A program made the position numbers and the translations under genes. Shown here one piece after another: positions 38,322-48,000 of a DNA stretch of 60,423 nt. Source of the stretch: a virus (taxonomy: Duplodnaviria; Caudoviricetes); IMG/VR virus record IMGVR_UViG_3300025133_000111, positions 1-60,423 of that record; one strand, written 5' to 3'. The notes beneath the pieces were generated by a model. That model saw nothing but the letters and a program-made list of their open reading frames with translations. It was not told where the DNA came from and ran no database searches. Numbering within the stretch: position 1 is the first letter of the stretch; every line of letters starts with the position of its first letter.

Positions 38322-38762
38322 TTAATCTATATTCTCTTTCGCGATGTTAAGAAGCCCAGCCAAATTCTTTGGCAGACGGACGCTTCTTCCGTCTCTAGCT
38401 CTTTCATTATCATATAAATTAGTATTTTTGTACTTTTCTTTAATAGCCTGAACTATGTGGTCATCCTTGAAGGTTCTGTTCAATATTTGCTTCTCGAATT
38501 CCTCATCGTCCATGAATCTCGGATCTTCAGCTGCCTCTCTAGAATCTCGGACCTTCTTAACGGCTTCTGCATTCCAGAATGAAGCAAGATACTCCGTTAT
38601 ACCCAGATCGTAGTCATACTGATCCATCTCATCCTGATAAAGCATTTGAGCATACCAAGACCATTGGTCTTTTGTTATTTCAAGGAACCTTGGGTCGTCT
38701 GACCTGCAGTTCCAGATTTTGCAGAGTTTCCAACGAAGCCTATTTACAGGCTCCGCCGCTAT
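38322..38762 (-). CDS. -1 frame extension of the tail assembly chaperone (gpT-like part of a gpGT-type fusion)
   Basis: The frame is open from the slippery site: IAAEPVNRLRWKLCKIWNCRSDDPRFLEITKDQWSWYAQ runs in frame into the listed ORF MLYQDEM (38645-38322). Confidence 0.85.
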   Translation of the reverse strand: MAAEPVNRLRWKLCKIWNCRSDDPRFLEITKDQWSWYAQMLYQDEMDQYDYDLGITEYLASFWNAEAVKKVRDSREAAEDPRFMDDEEFEKQILNRTFKDDHIVQAIKEKYKNTNLYDNERARDGRSVRLPKNLAGLLNIAKENID

Positions 38763-38768
38763 TTTTTT
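38734..38768 (-). other. Programmed -1 ribosomal frameshift signal: A_AAA_AAA heptamer plus 3' hairpin
   Basis: Minus strand CTA AAA AAA TAG (heptamer 38768-38762), 6-nt spacer, then stem-loop CGGAGCCTG-TAAA-TAGGCTTCG (38755-38734; 9 pairs, 2 of them G-U). Confidence 0.85.
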
Positions 38769-39253
38769 AGTTCTTCGAGCCCAACCTCCTTGCTGGACTC
38801 TGCAACAAGCTCTTCATGAATTCGGTGCAATCTTTCCACCAAAGATATCTGCATATTTAGGACTACATTTAACCTTCTCTGCTCAACTGGCAAATCTTCA
38901 TTATCACTTAGGTCTTCGAGTGGCACTCCATTGATAGTTCTAAGTGCATAAGACATGGTTAATGGCTTAATATCCAGAAGTCTATCAACCTCTTCAGACT
39001 TCATTATATTCTTCATGATTAGTTTCTGCTCGCTAATACTTAAGGTAGATACTTCAAACAAAAATCCATTAATCAATTCCTTTTTGGTTAATTTTCCAAG
39101 AAAGATTAAATCTTTTAAAGAAGAAAGCTTTAGCTTTTTGGGAGCATCCTCAGATTCCTCTTGAGAGCCTGCTGCCAGCTTCTCCATTTCGCTCATTCTC
39201 TCTGCAGCTAAACCTGCTTCCGTTCCCAATACCTTGCCTGATCTTTTTGCCAT
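38759..39253 (-). CDS. Tail assembly chaperone (lambda gpG-like role)
   Basis: 164 aa between tube and tape measure, ending ...EELKK-stop on a slippery heptamer; GGAG RBS upstream. Confidence 0.85.
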   Translation of the reverse strand: MAKRSGKVLGTEAGLAAERMSEMEKLAAGSQEESEDAPKKLKLSSLKDLIFLGKLTKKELINGFLFEVSTLSISEQKLIMKNIMKSEEVDRLLDIKPLTMSYALRTINGVPLEDLSDNEDLPVEQRRLNVVLNMQISLVERLHRIHEELVAESSKEVGLEELKK

Positions 39254-39308
39254 ATTTAAACTCCACTTATGCTGATATAATACTTAATATCTTTTGAACA
39301 TCACCCAC

Positions 39309-39346
39309 AAAAAGAAACGCCGCCCAAAAAGAGCGGCGTTTCTTTT
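39309..39346 (-). terminator. Intrinsic terminator after the tail tube gene (symmetrical, possibly bidirectional)
   Basis: Minus strand AAAAGAAACGCCGC-TCTTTTTGG-GCGGCGTTTCTTTTT: 14-bp perfect inverted repeat with U-rich tail, 14 nt past the tube stop. Confidence 0.9.
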
Positions 39347-39360
39347 AAGATTAAATAATT

Positions 39361-39993
39361 CTAGTAAGCTGCGGAGATTAGTCCCGGGAAATCCAAGGTT
39401 CCTCTTCGCTCGCCAGAATCTGCCGCAGTTTCAACACTATCAATATTCCTACCCGGAATCTCTCTAGCGCCCTGTGTGCCCTGACTTAGAGCAATCGCCT
39501 CACCGGCTCTCGTAGTAGATACATGCTCACAGTTTACGGTTGCATTTTCTGTAATTGTATAGTCAGTTGTAGTATAGCTCTTTCCTAAAGCTGCAAACCA
39601 GCAATTATGGTAAGTCGTTACCACAGCACTGTTTCCATCTCCAGTAAACTTATCAATGACAACTATGTCGAACGGCATTCTCTGTGACTGAATGTTTCTG
39701 AATCCTCTAGAAAAGGCCTCAGGAAGAGATAGTCCATCGAAAACTATTCGGTTAATTGTCAGGCTGAACGTAGCAGAAGACTGAGGAACTATCTCAATTA
39801 ATCCATCAGTTCCGACCTCAGATAGCTGCTTGAGCGATCTTGTCTGACTCTCTTGGAAACTCTGAATCGCGCCAACAGGCTCATTGTTTACATAAACAAT
39901 AATCTGTGTCGATAATCCGGCGCGAGTCCTTCCGCCCGTCTCTGGGGGAGGACTTCCGTCGAATAGAGTTCCTGTACTTGGGTAATCTGCCAT
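39361..39993 (-). CDS. Tail tube protein
   Basis: 210 aa directly after the sheath; tube-like STQIIVYVNNEPVGAIQSF...PFDIVVID...TYHNCWF; AGGAGA RBS; followed by a strong terminator. Confidence 0.85.
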   Translation of the reverse strand: MADYPSTGTLFDGSPPPETGGRTRAGLSTQIIVYVNNEPVGAIQSFQESQTRSLKQLSEVGTDGLIEIVPQSSATFSLTINRIVFDGLSLPEAFSRGFRNIQSQRMPFDIVVIDKFTGDGNSAVVTTYHNCWFAALGKSYTTTDYTITENATVNCEHVSTTRAGEAIALSQGTQGAREIPGRNIDSVETAADSGERRGTLDFPGLISAAY

Positions 39994-40006
39994 TACGTTC
40001 TCCTAA

Positions 40007-43000
40007 TTAAATGACGCCAACTTCGATATCTATAAAGATATAATTAATGGGGTAAGCCGGAGCAAACTGAAGGAAGACATTGATCTGTCTTGGGTCAACC
40101 TTATCCTGCTCTACTCTAATGTTTTTAAAGCTTGTAACCAAACCTTGACCGACCAGCCCATTCATAATGGTTCTTACTCTTGCGCTCATAAGAATATTCG
40201 TATCTGCGCTCTGAACTCCACCGATAAATGGTCTTAATGAATTTCTGAGAGTCCTCTTTACTGCGTCTCGTATAAAGATGATAGAAATCTCTTCATCCTC
40301 GATAAATCCGGAGGTACTTGTCGTTCTTCCGGCCAAGACTCTTCCTCCTCCAGTAATCGGCTGAAGCAACGTCGCTCCAACTCCACCGAGCTGATTCTGA
40401 ATCGTCGGACTATAGACCTTATCTCTTGTTAGCGAGAATCCAGATAGAGCCTTATCGGTTAGTGGAATTGCCACATTCTGCTTCGCGGATAAGAATCCAG
40501 CAGCTGCTGCTCCCTGATAGAAGCCATGTAAATTGACATTCGTTCCATTCACGTTTCTTACGATAGTGTCTGGATAGAAATAAACTGCACGATTGCTGGT
40601 GTAATTATCACTTAACTTGAAGTTGACAAGATCCTCTACATCTCCGTCTAGGATTTCTTCTGCGTCATCTCCCTGGATTCCTTCGATAATTCCAATATCT
40701 TCAACTGCTATTAAGCTTGTTCCGATAAGTGCTGCTGGAGTAACTCCCATCTGGGCTCCGATGAATGCAACCCTTTCCTTTCGGTTAGCGACCGAACTCA
40801 TATTTTCGCAGTGATTTACAGTCGCTCTAAAGATTGAGGAAATTGCCTGATTCGGAAGCGGAACAATGATCTGTGCCTCAGCAGCCTCTAGTGACTCAAG
40901 AGCATTAAACCAATTCGTATCGAAGAAGTCTGCATCATTCTCATCAATGTAGGAAATCTTGAGACCATCACCAGCCTGTATGACTCCACTAGAAACCAAG
41001 TCACTATGTAGAAGCAGAAGCGCATCATCCGCATTTGAATCAGTCGGATCCTTTATGAAGAACTGAACATCAGCATAAGATCCCTGGAGACTTAGAGGCG
41101 AACCATTCTCTGCTTCAACTAGAACCAAGGAATCATCAGTTATTGATGTTATGCTTAACTCAACAGACGGCGTTGGTAGGACGGATCCAAACAACTGGAA
41201 CGAAATATCCGCTACAGAGGTATAGACTGTGCCAGAAGTGGCATTTTCCATGCTTGATATAACAATTACGTTTCCTACATCTTCTCCATCAAAATCTATT
41301 TCCGGAGTTGAGAAGTATTCGTCTCCCGATTCGGTATCGAGAATTCCTTCGTCTCCATTTCCGACCACCTCTAATGCGGCGTCAACAATGGTGTAGGCAA
41401 AAGCGTTATCAGAACTATCAATCCACTGACCCTGCTGAATATCAGTCGAAAGCTGTGAATTATAGAAATCAACCTTGTTCGGGAAGACCTGAGTTTCGTC
41501 TCCATCTCTTATTATGAAGATATTAACTCTGGTATCAGCATCAGGCTTTCCGTTTCTGAGACCAGTTATCGGCCTTGGGATGGTAAATCTGAGATCATCA
41601 ACCTCACATGCATCAGTGGATAGAGATCCAGAATCGAAGCAGGCAGAGAATCCACCAACGCCCAGTGAATTTCTTTCCTCAAGCAATGTAACAGAGGTTC
41701 TTCGCGGAACCGGAGGCTTACACTGTAAAGCTAAGATTCCCGGCGCACCGTTCTCTAGAACCATCTGAGTTCCCAGAGATAATGTATTAGTTTCGCTTGG
41801 AAGACCATGCTTCTGGAATAAGTCCGAAGCCTCAATGAAGAACTCTGGATCTTCCAAGTCAATAGTAGCTATATACTTGGCTTCGAGAGTATCTCCCGTT
41901 CCAAGAGCACTAGAGCTGACATCAACAAAGAACTTATCACCAACTTCAAAGCTGGTTCCACCCTCTTGAATTCCAAGAAGAAGAATTCCGTTGTTCTCCA
42001 GCAAGTGGAAGGTTAGACCTTCTGCTGCCAGACCCGGCACAGAGGCTCCAGAAGCTTCCTCTAGGTCTTGGAAACCTACAGTTGAATCCTCTAGGTCATA
42101 AAGTCGTACGCGTCTCGTAGACGTGACGCTGCTGATTACGAAGAGCCCACCATCGAAGTCTCCACCGTTGCATATCAATACAGTCTTTCCTACATCCGCG
42201 CTTGAGAAGTTGCCTTCGGAAGCCGGGGCGCCAGTCAAACCATTATGAATAACAGATGGATCATCAATTAAGATATTGGTCGCTCTAATGTCCCAATCGT
42301 AAGTATCATTCTCATCCCAGGCCGGTGAAGCCGGTCCGAGGCTGTCCGTTGTGACGGTAATTGTAGTATCAGTTCCGTCATATGTTATTGTTTCGATCTC
42401 ATGACCGACATATCCATCTATGCACAAGAAGTCGCCCGCCAGAGCCTGTCCCTGACTGACTAAGTCTGCGCCTGGAACGGTGAAGGTATCACTTGTGGTT
42501 AATGTGGCATCACCAGTTCTTAATTCAATATTTCCCTGGGGGAAGTCTGCGACAGAAGCGCTTCCGCTTGCAACAACAACTCCGTCACTGCATTCTGCAA
42601 TGTTTCCGGAGATAGCTCCAGAACCACTTGTGAAATAAGCACTTGAGAATGTAAGAGGATTTCCAAAACTATCATAAAGCTGACCAGAGGTATCTCCGGT
42701 TGCGGTGAATGTTGCCAAACCGGGAATCGGATCTCCGTTTGAATCTCTTACGACACTGACACATCGTATCGTCCAGCGTTCGCTGGAGGCAGAATCGTCA
42801 AGAATATCTAGAGTTAAAAGCGGATCACAAGTAGTGTTTTCAACTAAAACACCAGTTCCTATGTTTCCGGAACCAGCAGAGTAGCCCTTTCCGTCCTGAT
42901 CTCCAATTGAAGCTCCGCGTAATTCAATACGGCCATTAGAGATGTCAAGTCTATAATCGAAAGGAGAAGCAACACCTGAAGCGTCAATAACTTCCTGCTT

Positions 43001-43288
43001 TCCAAATAGTAATGTTCCGTTCAGCCTAAGCTCTGTTCTTCCGCTTATGACGGGAACATTAGATAGTTCAAAAAATCGGCCATCGCCGGACCCAGTCGGG
43101 CTCCAACTTGACTCTCCGTCAGCGCCGTTTCCTGCAGCGGATTGAACGATTGTTTCTTCTCTCAGGCCCTCGCCCAATACAGAAACGACCCTTATTCCGC
43201 CCGGAATAGAAACGCTACGAGATATAACCCTATCTCTTGCAAATGCTCCAGGCTGTATAAAACCCGTAATTCCTGGTATGTTAGCCAT
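40007..43288 (-). CDS. Contractile tail sheath protein with large inserted domains
   Basis: 1093 aa. N-terminal FIQPGAFARD; HCENMSSVANRKERVAFIG; C-terminal EEISIIFIRD...LRPFIG...DPRQINVFLQFAPAYPINYIFI typical of sheath proteins. Confidence 0.92.
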   Translation of the reverse strand: MANIPGITGFIQPGAFARDRVISRSVSIPGGIRVVSVLGEGLREETIVQSAAGNGADGESSWSPTGSGDGRFFELSNVPVISGRTELRLNGTLLFGKQEVIDASGVASPFDYRLDISNGRIELRGASIGDQDGKGYSAGSGNIGTGVLVENTTCDPLLTLDILDDSASSERWTIRCVSVVRDSNGDPIPGLATFTATGDTSGQLYDSFGNPLTFSSAYFTSGSGAISGNIAECSDGVVVASGSASVADFPQGNIELRTGDATLTTSDTFTVPGADLVSQGQALAGDFLCIDGYVGHEIETITYDGTDTTITVTTDSLGPASPAWDENDTYDWDIRATNILIDDPSVIHNGLTGAPASEGNFSSADVGKTVLICNGGDFDGGLFVISSVTSTRRVRLYDLEDSTVGFQDLEEASGASVPGLAAEGLTFHLLENNGILLLGIQEGGTSFEVGDKFFVDVSSSALGTGDTLEAKYIATIDLEDPEFFIEASDLFQKHGLPSETNTLSLGTQMVLENGAPGILALQCKPPVPRRTSVTLLEERNSLGVGGFSACFDSGSLSTDACEVDDLRFTIPRPITGLRNGKPDADTRVNIFIIRDGDETQVFPNKVDFYNSQLSTDIQQGQWIDSSDNAFAYTIVDAALEVVGNGDEGILDTESGDEYFSTPEIDFDGEDVGNVIVISSMENATSGTVYTSVADISFQLFGSVLPTPSVELSITSITDDSLVLVEAENGSPLSLQGSYADVQFFIKDPTDSNADDALLLLHSDLVSSGVIQAGDGLKISYIDENDADFFDTNWFNALESLEAAEAQIIVPLPNQAISSIFRATVNHCENMSSVANRKERVAFIGAQMGVTPAALIGTSLIAVEDIGIIEGIQGDDAEEILDGDVEDLVNFKLSDNYTSNRAVYFYPDTIVRNVNGTNVNLHGFYQGAAAAGFLSAKQNVAIPLTDKALSGFSLTRDKVYSPTIQNQLGGVGATLLQPITGGGRVLAGRTTSTSGFIEDEEISIIFIRDAVKRTLRNSLRPFIGGVQSADTNILMSARVRTIMNGLVGQGLVTSFKNIRVEQDKVDPRQINVFLQFAPAYPINYIFIDIEVGVI

Positions 43289-43332
43289 CTAAGATTCTCC
43301 GTTTGTTAGCAATAACTCATCAAATTATTTAT

Positions 43333-43341
43333 TATTAGTAG
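43333..43341 (-). promoter_or_regulatory. Candidate late promoter element CTACTAATA
   Basis: Intergenic, about 45 nt upstream of the sheath ATG. Confidence 0.55.
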
Positions 43342-43348
43342 TTTCATT

Positions 43349-44158
43349 TTAATCTATTTCTGTCAAATCAATTAAGTCATCAAATCTTCTTGTAAGCATA
43401 TCAGCCTCTGTTTTTATGCCCGGAATAGGATGCCAAGTCGGCTCCATTGTGAAGACTATTTTTTCAACAATATTTTCAATAGGAACTTCCACCCTCCACT
43501 CCGAATAAGTAGAGAGTGATATCGCTGTATTATATACATAATCATTAGCATAGGGCTCTGCATTTTCTGGCCCAATTGACAACTGATGAATAAATAATCC
43601 ATTTGCTCTCAACTCATTCCATAGGGAATATTGTAACGCTAAAGATACAATGTCTGTTAACTCTTGAAGCTCTGCTTGGCTTTCAGAATAAATTCCAACG
43701 TCAAATCTAAGGTCCCACCTTCCGGCATATACTCTATGGGTTGGGGTACTTATGATCTTTCTTGAGCCATAATCTGTTTCTAATAAATCGGTTCTATACT
43801 TATAAGTCATATTCTGATTAAAAGATATAGGCTTGTAAGAACCTCCATTTGACTTGATTACAATGGCTGGAAAAAACTTAACCTCATAGCGATAAGTATC
43901 ACTAATCAGTATTTTCGTAGTAAGAGCGGAGTCGATATCGATTCCGGTATGATCTGGAGTTAATGGGTATCCATATTCATCAGATCTATATGTAAATATA
44001 CTATCATTCTTAAAGATTTTTCTAAGAGAATCTATAAGAAGAGATTTAGGATGAACAATGGCAGACTGCTGAACCACATTATGGTCCGAGAAGAAACTTG
44101 AATATACGATGTGATCGCCATTCAAGCCTGTTCCTGATAAATTTTGCTCATCTATCAT
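43349..44158 (-). CDS. Putative tail terminator / tail completion protein
   Basis: 269 aa immediately upstream of the sheath; FFPAIVIK...WDLRFDVGIYSESQAELQELTDIV pattern fits terminator-type folds. Assigned mainly by position. Confidence 0.6.
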   Translation of the reverse strand: MIDEQNLSGTGLNGDHIVYSSFFSDHNVVQQSAIVHPKSLLIDSLRKIFKNDSIFTYRSDEYGYPLTPDHTGIDIDSALTTKILISDTYRYEVKFFPAIVIKSNGGSYKPISFNQNMTYKYRTDLLETDYGSRKIISTPTHRVYAGRWDLRFDVGIYSESQAELQELTDIVSLALQYSLWNELRANGLFIHQLSIGPENAEPYANDYVYNTAISLSTYSEWRVEVPIENIVEKIVFTMEPTWHPIPGIKTEADMLTRRFDDLIDLTEID

Positions 44159-44172
44159 TTGAAAGCCTATCG

Positions 44173-44514
44173 TTATCTATAATTAATTGGAAGATATTTC
44201 AATTCTTTTATTTCAGCTGATTGTTCACAGAAATGAGCTATTTCCTTAACCAACTTATCAAGCCTTTGTTTATCAAGCAAATCATCCTCTTTCAGAACGA
44301 TTGCTTTTTTAATCGTTAGCTCAACGATAATATCATTATCATCGTTACTACTACTAGATAAATTACCAGAAACCATCTCAACAGAAGTTCTGTCTCGGAT
44401 TAATGATAGTTCTGATTCTCCATCTTTTTTTAAAAGATCTGATAGCTTCAGAATCATTTTTTTAAGAATAGTATTTTCTTTAATTTTATTATTGACAATC
44501 TTTATAACGAGCAC
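44173..44514 (-). CDS. Hypothetical protein
   Basis: 113 aa; GTG start abuts the previous TGA; fills the gap in the operon. Confidence 0.6.
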   Translation of the reverse strand: MLVIKIVNNKIKENTILKKMILKLSDLLKKDGESELSLIRDRTSVEMVSGNLSSSSNDDNDIIVELTIKKAIVLKEDDLLDKQRLDKLVKEIAHFCEQSAEIKELKYLPINYR

Positions 44515-45006
44515 TCACTTGACCTCATATTCACGATCTGTTTGGTTTAGCACAATAGTCCTATTTATTGGCTTAAAGTTTTTGTGAATATATTCTACCC
44601 CATATCTGCCCGCAGGCAACCTTACCTCCCAATATCCGTCAACATTTGTGTGGTGGTCTTTTACTATTTCGTTTTTATCGCTATAGACTTTTATCGACAC
44701 CTCATTTAGAGGCCGCTTTTCCTTATTAACGATGTAGCCAAAGACTTTAATGTTTCCAAGGAGAAGTTTTTTAACTTTCTGTTGACTAGAAGAATTTCGT
44801 GGACTATTATCCTTAACAACGGGTGTAACGGCATGAACCTCGGATTCCACTGCAGTAGGAACAGAGGTTCTGATGAACTTAGAGACCTTGTTGCTCAATA
44901 TTTTAACATTATCATCAATAACATGGAGGCGCTTCTCCATGACATCGATTTTGTCAAGAATTTGATATATGGCGTCGATGGCCGAAATTTCTTTTTCGTC
45001 TGACAT
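44515..45006 (-). CDS. Coiled-coil protein with C-terminal carboxypeptidase-regulatory-like (transthyretin-like) beta-sandwich
   Basis: VFGYIVNKEKRPLNEVSIKV...TNVDGYWEVRLPAGRYGVEY matches that fold pattern. Probable start is ATG 45006 (MSDEK), 1 nt after the upstream stop. Confidence 0.65.
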   Translation of the reverse strand: MSDEKEISAIDAIYQILDKIDVMEKRLHVIDDNVKILSNKVSKFIRTSVPTAVESEVHAVTPVVKDNSPRNSSSQQKVKKLLLGNIKVFGYIVNKEKRPLNEVSIKVYSDKNEIVKDHHTNVDGYWEVRLPAGRYGVEYIHKNFKPINRTIVLNQTDREYEVK

Positions 45007-45007
45007 A

Positions 45008-48000
45008 TTATATGGTTTCAATGATATTATTTACTTCTAAGATTCCCGACAGAGTGTTCAACGCGCCATTTTCTTGCATCAAGGAGAAGCCTCCGGGCAG
45101 ATCAATAGATCTCTGACTAATATTTCCAGTAATCAAGATATTCTTGAATGTATTAGTTGTATCGAAATAAATCACTCCTTGCTGATATCCTACTCCATCA
45201 AAGTAACAATCTTGGATTGTAATATTCTGATATGTTCCACCACTATTGTTTCCTATGAAAAAGGGCATCTCATTGATTGCGCCGGTCGCTGCTGCTCCAG
45301 AAACATAATCTGCCGCTGCAATAAAGCGTAGTCCGCTAAACCTAAAGCGAGCCTTTGTAGCTCCCGTCGCAGTTATGTTGTTTGTGACTCGGAACACAGT
45401 TCCTGACTGACCAGCAGCCTGTCCTAAAATTCCTTCAAAAGTTAGATCACTTACGTCTATTCCATAAGTGATTGTGCTGCTTCCGGAGTCAGCTCCGATG
45501 AGAATCATCTCATGCCCCTGGGTGGTTATGGCCGCATTATCAAGAGGAAAAGAGCTGGCTCGTTTAATTATCGAGGTAGGACCTGTTCCGCGTAACTTTA
45601 GATCGAATGTCAACACTAACTTTTCTGTTAACTCATAAGTTCCTTCTTTTACAAATATACCCGGGGTTCCAACGTCAGGAAACATTTTCGAAAACATCTC
45701 TACATACTTCACTGCCTTCTGAACAGTTGTGAAATGTCCAAATCTTGAATCCTTAGAGACCGTTACATCTGATATAAATTTATAATCAAGATGATCAACA
45801 AATAATCTTAAATCTGTAATTTCTAAAGTTGATAATTCTACATATGCTAGGTGGGCAATGTTCTGAGTATAAAATGGAGAAATATAATTTACTCCAGCAT
45901 CTGGGTCAATTTCATTTCCAATTACGATGCAGCCTTCGGCATTTAAGCCTATGTAGAAATTGGTTGTAGGACCATTGGTATGTCTATAAACTAACCCTGT
46001 ATCTCCGAGATATTCTATTCTGATTCCATTTACAAGACCAACTCCTGGGTCGATACTTAGAGTTGAAGTTCCATCTCCATTATCTACAACGGATTCTACA
46101 CTAATTCCTCTGATTAAACCACTTCCTCGTAACTCATTTCTTGGCCCTTGAATATATCTCTCTATAAAGGATGATGATATAATTGTGTCATCAGTTGTGC
46201 CGGTAGACCTCTTATCGGTTGTATTTAGCGCGCCTTCTCCTCCAAGTCCAGCGTCTGGGTCCTCAATTACAATTCCAAATTCCGGAGAAAATATTGTCCT
46301 ACAAAGATGAAGGGCAGAGGATGGAAGCTCTCCAAATCCGAATATTGAAGATGTCAGATCACTTATGCTAATTGCAGGAATAGACTCATTTGGAACAAAT
46401 ACACTTAAAATAATGTAGTTCATTCCATCATTTGAGAAAATTTTATACTCACCGGTACTTCCGACAAAGACTTCTGGGCTTGCAATCCCTGTGGGCTCCT
46501 GTTTTATTGTTGCCATCCCAGAGGTGTCAACCTTTAGGGTAAACTCTTGACCATCACTAATAAATCCTCGGGAAACATCTTTAACTACTGCATAGAAGTT
46601 CGCAATAGACATGTGCCCGATTATGTCAAGCCTTCTCTTAAAGTGTATATTCGCATCTTCATCGGCAAACACATCAAGAACCATAAGGCCATCAAGCGTT
46701 ACGAAGTTTAGCTCTGATATCGGGGCCCCAGATCTCAAGATGAAGATCCTAGAAGTGCTCGACAGAGTTCCTTGAAGAGTTGTTGTAAAGTCTAGAGTCA
46801 GTCTAGCTGCCTCAACAGTTCTGATCGAGTAGGTTCCATCGTCAGAGGAGGAAGAGGAGCCATCAATTACGACCAAGTCTCCTGCTCTAATTCCGCTAGT
46901 AATAAAGTTAGTTGTTCCCTTGGAATTTAACTCTAAAGTTCCAGATCCAATTGATATAGCTTCTGAATTATAGGTAATTACTTTTCCAAAATCATCTATG
47001 AGTTTTCCATTAATATGGATAGAGTTACCAAAAGAGCCCTTGACTAGTCTATCCTGAATGTATGACAAGCCCATTGCTGCCGCTGCGTCTCCAGATGATG
47101 CAGCAACTATCTTTAGACTTCTAGCTCTTATATCATCAGCATGATTTGGAACATTATGTGATAATGCTAGCTCATAACAGTTTAGTGCTTTCAGTTTGTA
47201 TGCAAAAAAGTTTAATTTATTTTCCGCACAATACTGGTTGATCGTGGCGATGACAATATCGAGAGACTGTACTGCATAGCTAGAGTTTATAATATCGATT
47301 TCATAAGTAGAGCCTTCATCTACTTGGATAGCTAATGTATCTGCTGTTCCACTTGCTATATTTTCAGGTCTAGCTCCGGAAGAAATAATTGTAGCAGAGT
47401 TTGGAAGACACACTTGGATAGTTGGTGAATTGCTAAATCCGAATCTTGGCCGAACAGCGCAATTAAGAGCATTCTCATTATATGTTGAGTATATACTCTT
47501 TTTTATCCTACCATTAGTTCCAACAGTTAAAGCATTCTTTGGGCCACCATATATTTCAATCTGACTAAGATTTCCAGAGAGATCAAGAGTAACTGAGGAT
47601 ATAAGATAGTCAGCATTATCTGAATCATTGGGAGCATTTAAGATTTCTAATACATCAAATTCTTTTATTTCAGAAATAACGGCGGGAGAGCCGCCAAAGG
47701 AGATGATCATCTTTGACTCACCAGTCGGCGGAGAAAAGGAGATTGCCGAAGAATTAACCAATATAGAGCCAGAATCTATTCCCTCATAGGCATCAACAGT
47801 ATCTCCGGTTCGAATAATTCCATTTGAATTTAAATTCAAAGTAGACTTTCTTAGTCCAACTCCCGCAATGTTCCCCAAATCATCTATAGCTCCCTGTACA
47901 TCATCAGATAGAACAATATCAGAAGTCTCAGAATTGTCATAATAAAGCTGATCAGCCTTATGAGCGTTATTAGATGAGGATACATTTGCTCCGGTAAAGT

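Noticed and set aside
38322-38645. 107-aa ORF as an independent gene
   Set aside because: No evident RBS before ATG 38645, and the frame is open back to the slippery site, so it is better explained as the frameshift extension.
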